Below are positions 1-7,158 of a stretch of 12,096 nucleotides of DNA, piece after piece (position 1 is the stretch's first letter; the number at the start of each line of letters is the position of its first letter). Position numbers and translations under genes: made by a program. The notes under the pieces were generated by a model, which was not told the DNA's origin, searched no databases, and saw only the letters and a list, made by a program, of their open reading frames with translations. The stretch is from the NCBI GenBank assembly GCA_965541585.1, contig CBEUCH010000032.1:1-12096 (forward strand), in the 5' to 3' direction. This DNA comes from an uncultured bacterium. Lineage in GTDB: Bacteria; Zixibacteria; MSB-5A5; UBA10806.

Positions 1-616
1 CATCCGTGGTAAAGCTGTAGCACCCCCCATATTTCCCCTGGGCGACTGTGGGGCCGTTCACCGTGCCGTTGTTGCCGAGGCCGGAAACGTCGGGGGTGTA
101 GAGTTCTTGGAGGGTGATGTCGTCCAGATATAGAACATCCCCCGCATTCATAGCAGCGGTGCGAATGAAACAACCTGCGGCAGAAGCACAAATAAAATCC
201 TGTCGAAACCTTACCATAGAGGTAGTGTTAACAGTCCCCGTGGCAAGAACGGAAGACCCATCATACACGGTTATAGTTGCAGACCTGCCTGCATTCATGG
301 CAGACCAACAATCCATCCGATATTTCTTGCCTACTGTTAAATCAGTGATTAAATCATCGCTATCCCTAAAAAAGAGTTTCATCCCCAAAGAATTGTCAAC
401 GTAGGTATTTTTAATGCTCTGAGCCCCACCATGGGCAATATCATTAGAGACTTCAATGGTATTGGAACCTTCCCCTGCCCACGATTCCGTATCTACCTCA
501 AAAGTGCCCTTATTTGGGTCGAATAGTTCAGGGCCGACAAACTCCCCCTGCATCGGCAGGTCGAGCACCAGCCCTGGGGGTTTGATGATGCCTCTCGGCA
601 TGATGATGCGCGACAT
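1..616 (-). CDS. LamG/concanavalin A-like jelly-roll virion protein with inserted CBM4/9-like domain (runs off the window, C-terminus missing)
   Basis: Not in the ORF track. ATG at 616 overlaps the upstream TGA (TGATG) with SD GAGGAGG. Translation: MSRIIMPRGIIKPPGLVLDLPMQGEF...GTFEVDTESW...AHGGAQSIK...LTVGKKYR...VLYLDDITLQELYTPDVSGLGNNGTVNGPTVAQGKYGGCYSFTTD, open to the edge. GLVLxLPM and DxSGxGNxGT..GKYGG match the LamG N-terminal pattern. Confidence 0.8.
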   Translation of the reverse strand, partial: MSRIIMPRGIIKPPGLVLDLPMQGEFVGPELFDPNKGTFEVDTESWAGEGSNTIEVSNDIAHGGAQSIKNTYVDNSLGMKLFFRDSDDLITDLTVGKKYRMDCWSAMNAGRSATITVYDGSSVLATGTVNTTSMVRFRQDFICASAAGCFIRTAAMNAGDVLYLDDITLQELYTPDVSGLGNNGTVNGPTVAQGKYGGCYSFTTD

Positions 617-909
617 CAGGCCACCTCCTCAACGACGACGCAGGGCTGGTTAGGCTCGCCCGTATATTCGGAGTGATAACATTCATGGATATGGGAGCCG
701 GTGGCCATGACCTTTTTCTTTAATTCTGTCCAGAGTGCCTGCGCGTCCGCATCCTCTTCCATCACCACGTCCATGGCCACCACGTCGTTATCGTCTTTAT
801 CCTTTGCGCTCCCGACGTCTTGCTTGAGCGTGTCTTTGGTCCCGATCAGCTGTAAGGCGTCCGCCTCCGTAAACGGTGGTTTGACCTGGGCCATGATCCT
901 GAGTTTCAC
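616..909 (-). CDS. Phage hypothetical protein (97 aa) with C-terminal HxCxH...PC motif
   Basis: GTG start overlaps the upstream TGA (GTGA), and its stop overlaps the next ATG. C-terminus HIHECYHSEYTGEPNQPC. Confidence 0.75.
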   Translation of the reverse strand: MKLRIMAQVKPPFTEADALQLIGTKDTLKQDVGSAKDKDDNDVVAMDVVMEEDADAQALWTELKKKVMATGSHIHECYHSEYTGEPNQPCVVVEEVA

Positions 910-1184
910 TGTGAGAGCCTCCCCACAACCGGCCCTGATGTGTAATTCCCTGTTTTCACACCGAATCGGTAAATCACACCATCCTCCGGCTCAGTGCCGA
1001 CAAGCTCCACATTGCCGGTATATTGCCCGACATCCATCCAAGTAGAGCCGTCGTATGACCGCTGAACATGAACGGTGGCTACCCACGTTCCACTCAGCGA
1101 TAAGTTATACATGCCTTTTAATTCCACCGTGCCGGAGAATGTATTCTGCGCCGAAATACTTGCTTCAACTTCTTTGATCGCCAT
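906..1184 (-). CDS. Small beta-rich phage hypothetical protein (92 aa), putative head accessory
   Basis: SD GAGGAGG upstream. Sequence SLSGTWVATVHVQRSYDGSTWMDV...YRFGVKTGNYTSG resembles small all-beta proteins found downstream of phage capsid genes. Confidence 0.8.
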   Translation of the reverse strand: MAIKEVEASISAQNTFSGTVELKGMYNLSLSGTWVATVHVQRSYDGSTWMDVGQYTGNVELVGTEPEDGVIYRFGVKTGNYTSGPVVGRLSQ

Positions 1185-1326
1185 TTATCGCCTCCTCTGC
1201 TCGATCTCCTCTCCCCACCTTTCGCTTCCTGGCCCGCGGCATCATAGCGTTCTCATCTGCCTCCATCATGGTGGACTCCAGAGCGCGTGTTTTTATCTTC
1301 TTTCGTTTTGGCCGCTTCTTGCTCAT
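1165..1326 (-). CDS. Small basic phage protein (53 aa)
   Basis: Not in the ORF track. ATG overlaps the upstream TGA (ATGA) and the ORF fills the 1184-1323 gap. Translation MSKKRPKRKKIKTRALESTMMEADENAMMPRARKRKVGRGDRAEEAINGDQRS. Confidence 0.7.
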   Translation of the reverse strand: MSKKRPKRKKIKTRALESTMMEADENAMMPRARKRKVGRGDRAEEAINGDQRS

Positions 1327-2021
1327 AGGATCTGAATCGCTCGAATCCAGTCGATCGTCGCTGTCTCCGCGCTTGCCGCTCCGGTGAGCAGAGCGATCGA
1401 TGGAGTCAGAACCGTGGAGGGAATATTAGTGGCGACCTGAGTTCCAGCCACGCCATCCACGAAAGGCTGACAGTTCACGCCATCGAAAAAGAACTCATAG
1501 ATGTGAACTGAGGTGTCGGCCGTATCTTCGACGGTCGCCGTTTCGGTGCTGGATGCCTCGGTCACGAAATTCACATCCGTGGAAGCATCGACCTTCCGGA
1601 AATAAACGCCGTCGGTCATGCCGCCCAAAAGCGTGGTATCCGTGATGCAGAGACCGGCCAGGAAATCGAGCTGTGTCGCTTCGCTGAGTGTCAGCCTGAA
1701 TCCGAAATAACAGGGTTTGTCAGCGGCCAGGGCATAGGCTTCGCCCTTGAGCTGTATTTGAATTCCATCGTTGTCATTGCCGGCCGTGGTCAGTATCAGG
1801 TCGCCGCCGGCCGCGGTTCCCAGAACCGCGGTGCTGTTCCCAGCGCCGACCTCTACCACGGTGGCCGTCCATTCGGTAGGATCTCCGGTGGCGTCGTCTG
1901 TAGGAAGTGAAACGAAATGGTTGATATACTTGAGGACGTCTGGCCCGATGGCATCGACCCAGCGTTCTTTGTGCGTATCCCAGAAAACCAGGTTGCCGTT
2001 AACCCATTTACTATGAAGCAT
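1323..2021 (-). CDS. Phage structural protein (232 aa), probable lectin-like/jelly-roll head decoration protein
   Basis: SD GGAGGG upstream. Acidic, Thr/Ala/Gly-rich and beta-strand-like (HIYEFFFDG...FVDGV...IDWIRAIQ). Lies two genes downstream of the major capsid gene. Confidence 0.75.
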   Translation of the reverse strand: MLHSKWVNGNLVFWDTHKERWVDAIGPDVLKYINHFVSLPTDDATGDPTEWTATVVEVGAGNSTAVLGTAAGGDLILTTAGNDNDGIQIQLKGEAYALAADKPCYFGFRLTLSEATQLDFLAGLCITDTTLLGGMTDGVYFRKVDASTDVNFVTEASSTETATVEDTADTSVHIYEFFFDGVNCQPFVDGVAGTQVATNIPSTVLTPSIALLTGAASAETATIDWIRAIQIL

Positions 2022-2044
2022 TTTTCCCTCCGCTCTTTAATGAG

Positions 2045-2074
2045 CGCCTGGCCCGGATCCCTCCGAGCCAGGCG
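2045..2074 (-). promoter_or_regulatory. GC-rich stem-loop with GNRA (GGGA) tetraloop and no U-tract
   Basis: Minus strand CGCCTGGCTCGGA-GGGA-TCCGGGCCAGGCG: 13-bp stem with one G-U pair, in the intergenic gap after the capsid and 157-aa genes. Confidence 0.6.
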
Positions 2075-2092
2075 AAGGTTCTTAAAATGTTA

Positions 2093-2566
2093 TCAAGTGA
2101 TCGCTGTCGGCGTCACCGCCTGAGCATACCTGGGGTTCGTGAGAACCGCCACGGCGCTGGCCAGCGTCGCCGCCGCGGGATCGCTCATCTTCAACACCAG
2201 ATAAGGATAACCGTCAGTGAGCTGATCGGCATCGATCTCGATTACATAGATGATCCCGTCATTGGTGGAGGTGGCGAATCCTGTCGCGGTGGCCGCCGTC
2301 CTTGCTCCCAGCGTGTCGCCGCCCGCTGTCTCCTCAGCGTAATAGGCGAAAGCGATGGCGTTCTCATCAGATCCAGCGTTGTCATCGCTCTCCTCAACGG
2401 TGACCGTGCTGGCCGCTCCAGTCACCCCCAGCGTCAGGAGGATGGAGCAGTGAGCATAAAGCGCCATCGAAAAATAGTCGCTTACCTGAGCGGATCCGTT
2501 GATATCCACCGGATTGAGAATATTGACGACATGAGCATTTTCTGCGACATTAAATCTTGCGGTCAT
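2093..2566 (-). CDS. Putative capsid decoration/cement protein (157 aa)
   Basis: Immediately downstream of the major capsid gene with SD GAGGAGGTG. Ala/Thr-rich beta protein (TVTVEESDD...YVIEIDADQLTDGYPYLVL) of the type commonly found at this position. Confidence 0.75.
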   Translation of the reverse strand: MTARFNVAENAHVVNILNPVDINGSAQVSDYFSMALYAHCSILLTLGVTGAASTVTVEESDDNAGSDENAIAFAYYAEETAGGDTLGARTAATATGFATSTNDGIIYVIEIDADQLTDGYPYLVLKMSDPAAATLASAVAVLTNPRYAQAVTPTAIT

Positions 2567-2584
2567 TATTTCATCACCTCCTCT

Positions 2585-3907
2585 TTAGGCTCTGGTTTGC
2601 AGTGCTATGAAAGGACTGAGAGTGTTCGATCCCTTGTAGGGAATCAGCGCGGCGTTCCAGATCGGCTGACCATCGATCCGGTAAGTAAACCGGTAGGTCA
2701 TTTCGTCGTTGAGAAATCGAACGTGGATCGAGCTGGCGCTTTTCATCACGCCCTTATCGGCCGTGACGTATTGGCTGAAATCGCCGAGTATGATATCGCC
2801 GACTGTTCCCAGCGTCGCGCATTGCTCGATCGGCAAAAGCGGCCGACCCATGAGCGTCGAATATGGTGAGTTTGCCAGGCTGTTCGCCGGCATATAAACC
2901 GGAACGCCGCCGGTTCCCACGGCCAGGCTCATGGTAAACAGGGAAGGTTCGATGTCCTGGTTGATCATCCACACGGCGTTTCCACGCGAGCGGCCCCACA
3001 TCCGTGACCACATCTTGACGATGTTCTCCACCTGGACGGTGGCCGCCGCCTGGCCGGTCTCTTTATTCACCGTTACCAGACAATCAGCGTTCAGGATTCC
3101 CAGAGGTTTCCCAGCTCCATCGCCGTTCACCAGGGCATCGTCGAGCTTGAAGCCGAATTCCTCGGCGAAACCATCCATGAGAATGGATTCCATGGCTTCG
3201 CTGTCCTCAAGCAGTTCGTCGGTGGCGTAACATAGGCCGGTCAGTTTATGGAGCGTTAACTCTATCTGGCGGAGTTTTGGCGCTGATCCGGTGAGCGCCG
3301 CGGCTTCATCAGCCCAATAAGCCCGAATCCCGCCCAGCCTGGAACCATCGGCTCGACTCGATTCTGCATAGGCATTGATCTTGAGACCGTTCGACCGACG
3401 GCTGATCGGGATCCGCCGTGTCCGGCCGGCCAGGAGTCCGGTCTCATAAGTCCGTTTCAGGAGTTCGTCCACGAAATCCTTTTGAACCATGAAACCGCCG
3501 TCGGATGGAACCGCCTCTCCAACTCCGCTGGCCGCGCGAACGTCGATGAGCCTCTGATCAATCGTTCCTCCAGGGATCCCCGCATTGGTGACGGCCATCA
3601 TGAACTCGCCGAAAGTGGCGAACCTCTTTTCGTGAGTCGGATCGGGATCGCCGCCATCGCCATCGCCGTCCACGTCCGGTTTCGTGGGATCGCTTTGAGA
3701 GCTTTTAAGATCGGCGGTCGTTTTGGTCATCCGTTCCTCGACGGCGATCTCTTTCTGGATGGTTTCGATGTCATCCAGGAAACCGTTCATCTGATCGATC
3801 TCGGTCTCCGTCAGGCTCCTTTCCTCCTCGCCGGCGAGCTTTTTAATCCCTTCGACTTTCTCATAAAGCTCGCGCATCTCTTGTCTGAGCTTTGCTATTT
3901 TGTCCAT
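2585..3907 (-). CDS. HK97-family major capsid protein with N-terminal delta (scaffold) domain
   Basis: N-terminal coiled coil, then SDGGFMVQKDF, AYWADE, ELTLHKL, TDELLEDS, GDGAGKPLGILN, TLMGRP, IILGDFSQY and RFTYRIDGQP. SD AAAGGAG. Confidence 0.96.
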   Translation of the reverse strand: MDKIAKLRQEMRELYEKVEGIKKLAGEEERSLTETEIDQMNGFLDDIETIQKEIAVEERMTKTTADLKSSQSDPTKPDVDGDGDGGDPDPTHEKRFATFGEFMMAVTNAGIPGGTIDQRLIDVRAASGVGEAVPSDGGFMVQKDFVDELLKRTYETGLLAGRTRRIPISRRSNGLKINAYAESSRADGSRLGGIRAYWADEAAALTGSAPKLRQIELTLHKLTGLCYATDELLEDSEAMESILMDGFAEEFGFKLDDALVNGDGAGKPLGILNADCLVTVNKETGQAAATVQVENIVKMWSRMWGRSRGNAVWMINQDIEPSLFTMSLAVGTGGVPVYMPANSLANSPYSTLMGRPLLPIEQCATLGTVGDIILGDFSQYVTADKGVMKSASSIHVRFLNDEMTYRFTYRIDGQPIWNAALIPYKGSNTLSPFIALQTRA

Positions 3908-3922
3908 AGCTTATTTTCTCCT

Positions 3923-4840
3923 TTATAAAAATTCTTTGATTCTGGTCATCCTCTCTCTGATCTCCAGAGTCCTGATTTGAGAGTGGATCTTCTGATCCGG
4001 CTCTCCATCACCATCCGAGTGGATCCCCTGATCCGGCTCGCCTGGTATATAACCTTGTAAAAGGTCGATCGCTGATAAAAGGATTTCAAGATCTCTTTCT
4101 TCGAGATCTAAACCCTGATCGCATTTCTCCATGGCCCCGTTGAGATCTTCATACCCGATCCCTTTGTCATCGAATATCGATCTAATATGCAAGTCGGTCT
4201 GAGGATAAGCCGGAAACGTCACCATTGAGATATCGAACAGCTTCACCTCCAGGAGTTCCCTGGTCACCTCTCCCTTTTTGTTCTGACCCCAGATCTCTTT
4301 ATCCGGAACTGACTGAAACCCGAAACTATTATGATGAATATCTCCACGTCTTATAGGTTCCAGAACCAGCTCATCGATGATCTGTGTCTGCGGAGGATGC
4401 GCCTCATAAGCCAGACCTCTCTTATCCTCCTCCAGAAAAAGTGTCTGTTCTTTTTTGTTTTTGGAATTCCCCAGAACGAAATTAGGATCATGATTGAATA
4501 AAGCCCTCACCTCGGCCTCTTTGATGGTTTTGGCGAAAGCTCCTTTCCTTATTTTTTCCCTCATGCCCCACATCGGCTCGCTCCACTTATCGAACACCGC
4601 GGCATGGCCCACGATTATCGGAGCGGTATCATCATCGTCGGCGATCCTCAGCTCCATCAACGGGAACACCCTGCGCTCCATCTCATTAAAAGTTCTCCGT
4701 TTTGAATGCCCCCATAATGAATTTGAAATTGCTTTCCGCTTTTCGTCGGTTTCGTATTCCTCTATCACCGACTTGTCAGCCATGAAACGATCAACGTATT
4801 TGACCTTGCTCTCTCCTGGATCCGGTCTCGGTAATAACAT
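3923..4840 (-). CDS. HK97-family prohead (maturation) protease with N- and C-terminal extensions
   Basis: GHAAVFD, REKIRKGAF, ALFNHD (catalytic His), SFGF (catalytic Ser) and DISMVTFPAYPQT. Lies between portal and capsid genes. Confidence 0.95.
   Translation of the reverse strand: MLLPRPDPGESKVKYVDRFMADKSVIEEYETDEKRKAISNSLWGHSKRRTFNEMERRVFPLMELRIADDDDTAPIIVGHAAVFDKWSEPMWGMREKIRKGAFAKTIKEAEVRALFNHDPNFVLGNSKNKKEQTLFLEEDKRGLAYEAHPPQTQIIDELVLEPIRRGDIHHNSFGFQSVPDKEIWGQNKKGEVTRELLEVKLFDISMVTFPAYPQTDLHIRSIFDDKGIGYEDLNGAMEKCDQGLDLEERDLEILLSAIDLLQGYIPGEPDQGIHSDGDGEPDQKIHSQIRTLEIRERMTRIKEFL
3981..4042. repeat. Two 26-nt imperfect direct repeats (36-nt period) in the protease C-terminus
   Basis: gagtggatcttctgatccggctctcc (3981-4006) and gagtggatcccctgatccggctcgcc (4017-4042), encoding GEPDQGIHS / GEPDQKIHS. 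Confidence 0.85.
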
Positions 4841-4854
4841 TTTTTATCTCCCAC

Positions 4855-6816
4855 TTAAACAGGCTCTATTGTGCAATCACAACCACTGTGAATCGGAGGA
4901 TGAGCGATGTTCGTCCTGGTGATCAATTTCTTTTCGGGATCGTCGCCTTCAAAGGTCTCGCCTTTGCTGGCGAAATGTTCTCGGATACCCACGGTTTTTC
5001 CATTAAGTTTATTGCAGAAAGGACAATTCTCGCCGTGTGCGCGCCATACTAAATGAGTGATCCCGCCCATGATAAAGACAGCTCGCGCAATGGCATTTCC
5101 GGATTGAACGGTTTCCCTCTTTGCGATCCTTCCAGGTCGCTCCTCCTCCCATTGGTTCAAGCGTTCATCAAGCGCCTCATTCACATCCTCGTCGGCTTCC
5201 TCGGTTTCGAGAATGAGTTTCCGGAGCTGGTTGATCGATGAACCAATATGGCGAACCGTAAAGGTCTCCATATAAGCCCTCACGAATTCCTCAACCTCTG
5301 GCGTCATTTCCTCAACTGCATCCCCGATCTCTCCGGATGCCTCAACCTGAATGCTTTCAGCATAGGTGAGAAAAACAGGGAGCATCTGTCGCTCCATGAA
5401 TAACGGATGACTCCGATAAAATTCCTCCAGCCAGGCCAGGAAATCGGGAACATTTCTTCGATCCAGATATTTTTTCATCGCCTTCCGGATGTCATTGACC
5501 TCTCTCCTGACGACCTTCCCTGCGGCGTCTTTGAAAATTTTCTGGTATTTCTCGCCGAGTCGCCGGCGAGCTGTGGAGGATCGACTCTCTTTTAATGTCA
5601 GGAGGCGTTGATCTCCATCTCCCTCTGGTATCTCGCCGACGCTGGAAGCAGGAACCATATTCAGAGGAACCAGATATTGATCCCCCTCCTCTCCGATGGA
5701 GTTCATATTCTCCAGCCGCCGGATCTCATTCGCCGAGAGCCAGCCCCACTGTCGAGCTACGGCATAAGCATCATATCGGCTTTTCGTGTCTCCCCGTAAT
5801 AGGCCGGCAATAAGGAATTCGGCGAAATGAGTCTCATATTCCTGTTCATTGAAAAGCGTGTTCTGGATGGCGCTCTCCCAATTCACCAACCAGGGCATCA
5901 CGGAATCGGTCACGAACTCAATGCTCTGATGCTCGATATTGGAAAAAGTGGCTCGCTCCAGATCCATCAGCTTGTGAGGAGGGAGGCCATACCACCTTGC
6001 GATTTCGATCACCTGGAATTTCCTGGTCTCCAGGAATTGAGCATCCTCCGGAGGGATCCCGATCTGTTTCCACTCGATGCCTTCCTCCAGGATCAAGAGC
6101 CGATGCATATTGCTTAATCCACCATGAGCCTTATTCATTCCTCGATCCAGCCGCTTGTGAGCGACGTCGCTCATTTTTGAAGGATGCTGGAGGATCCCCC
6201 CTGGTTTCATTCCCTGGCCGAATAACCTGGCGCCGGCTTCCTCGGTCGCCAGGCCCAGACCGATGGACTCCCTGGCGATCTTGATCGGCGAATAACCGAT
6301 CACGCCGTTTATCGAGAATCCTCGGAGATGAAATATCTGAGCAAAACTGAAAGTTTTGGGTTCCCCGCTCGGAAGCCGATATTCATAAACCAGGGATCCG
6401 GCTTTTCTCTTGACTTTCATGCTCGCCGGATTCAGCGGCCATAAAGCCTTGACGATTCCCATGTTATCTCTCTCGATCTCTGAGTAAGCGTTCCCCCAAA
6501 GGAGGAGATGCCCCTGGATCGCTGAACGGTAATTAAAAGATGATTGCTCTGGATTCGGTTTGTCGTGGAGGATCCTAAAAAGCGGATGTTCCGGAGAGCG
6601 CTCTTTTTCGGAATTATCCAATCTGCGGTAAACGGGAAGCGGCAACATGGCCACCGTGTTTGAAAGCAAACTGATCGCTCGATAAACCGCTGAATAATTA
6701 AGAGCGCGTGCCTCATCGACTCGCGCTCCGGAGTTCGTCTCTACGCCAAAATCATCATAATACCGATCGTCGGTGGGATTCCATTTCCTTTTTTCCAGCC
6801 TGGATAATATTCCCAT
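4855..6816 (-). CDS. HK97-family portal protein fused to a C-terminal MuF/SPP1 gp7-like head morphogenesis domain
   Basis: Portal motifs over about the first 390 aa: SAVYRAI, LLLWGNAY, IFHLRG, GYSPI, DAQFLETRKF, EIARWYGLPPH, SNIEHQ and NEIRRLEN. The tail has RIAKRETV, LVWRAHGENCPFCNKLNG and HPPIHSGCDC. Confidence 0.93.
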   Translation of the reverse strand: MGILSRLEKRKWNPTDDRYYDDFGVETNSGARVDEARALNYSAVYRAISLLSNTVAMLPLPVYRRLDNSEKERSPEHPLFRILHDKPNPEQSSFNYRSAIQGHLLLWGNAYSEIERDNMGIVKALWPLNPASMKVKRKAGSLVYEYRLPSGEPKTFSFAQIFHLRGFSINGVIGYSPIKIARESIGLGLATEEAGARLFGQGMKPGGILQHPSKMSDVAHKRLDRGMNKAHGGLSNMHRLLILEEGIEWKQIGIPPEDAQFLETRKFQVIEIARWYGLPPHKLMDLERATFSNIEHQSIEFVTDSVMPWLVNWESAIQNTLFNEQEYETHFAEFLIAGLLRGDTKSRYDAYAVARQWGWLSANEIRRLENMNSIGEEGDQYLVPLNMVPASSVGEIPEGDGDQRLLTLKESRSSTARRRLGEKYQKIFKDAAGKVVRREVNDIRKAMKKYLDRRNVPDFLAWLEEFYRSHPLFMERQMLPVFLTYAESIQVEASGEIGDAVEEMTPEVEEFVRAYMETFTVRHIGSSINQLRKLILETEEADEDVNEALDERLNQWEEERPGRIAKRETVQSGNAIARAVFIMGGITHLVWRAHGENCPFCNKLNGKTVGIREHFASKGETFEGDDPEKKLITRTNIAHPPIHSGCDCTIEPV

Positions 6817-6968
6817 TATTTAAAAATCCCTATCGCAGAGATCACCGCGCCGGCCACCACCGGCCCGATCCATTTAAGTTCGGCTGGTTCAAAGATCATC
6901 CATAAACCGAAAGCGACCACGGCCAGACCGCCGAAAAATAAAATGTCTTTGAGAGTATCATCTTTCAT
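6816..6968 (-). CDS. Small 2-TM membrane protein preceding portal (50 aa)
   Basis: Not in the ORF track. MKDDTLKDILFFGGLAVVAFGLWMIFEPAELKWIGPVVAGAVISAIGIFK; its TAA overlaps the portal ATG (TAATG). Such small hydrophobic genes are common between terL and portal. Confidence 0.8.
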   Translation of the reverse strand: MKDDTLKDILFFGGLAVVAFGLWMIFEPAELKWIGPVVAGAVISAIGIFK

Positions 6969-7002
6969 AAAAAAAGGAGACCAGCCTTTCAGCCGGTCTC
7001 CT
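6969..7002 (-). terminator. Rho-independent terminator
   Basis: Minus strand AGGAGACCGGCT-GAAA-GGCTGGTCTCCT (12-bp stem with two G-U pairs) followed by TTTTTT. Confidence 0.85.
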
Positions 7003-7060
7003 CTCTATAATTGAAAGTCTATTCAAGCCTCATGTTTTAATGCTTCTGCTCACCTGTTAC

Positions 7061-7081
7061 TTAAAACCTACCACTCAACAT
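7061..7081 (-). other. Six-codon mini-ORF MLSGRF with a near-perfect Shine-Dalgarno
   Basis: AGAAAGGAGG (7086-7095) GCTT ATG TTG AGT GGT AGG TTT TAA. Confidence 0.45.
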
Positions 7082-7114
7082 AAGCCCTCCTTTCTATTAT
7101 TTAACCATCCCGGA

Positions 7115-7147
7115 ATTGTAATTAGCATAAAACGGTTTTTCTGTCAA
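7115..7147 (-). promoter_or_regulatory. Candidate sigma70-type promoter just after the terL stop
   Basis: Perfect -35 TTGACA (7142-7147). At 17-bp spacing there is TGC-TAATTA, an imperfect extended -10; TACAAT occurs at 21 bp. Confidence 0.4.
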
Positions 7148-7158
7148 TCGAAATGTAG

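Noticed and set aside
2754..6716. Alternative-frame minus-strand ORFs 2754-3011, 3262-3447 and 6432-6716
   Set aside because: Nested in the capsid or portal genes with no motif support, unlike the dual-frame methyltransferase remnant.
7061..7081. MLSGRF as an arbitrium-type signalling hexapeptide
   Set aside because: Arbitrium peptides are cut from a secreted AimP precursor next to an AimR receptor. There is no signal peptide or TPR receptor gene here.
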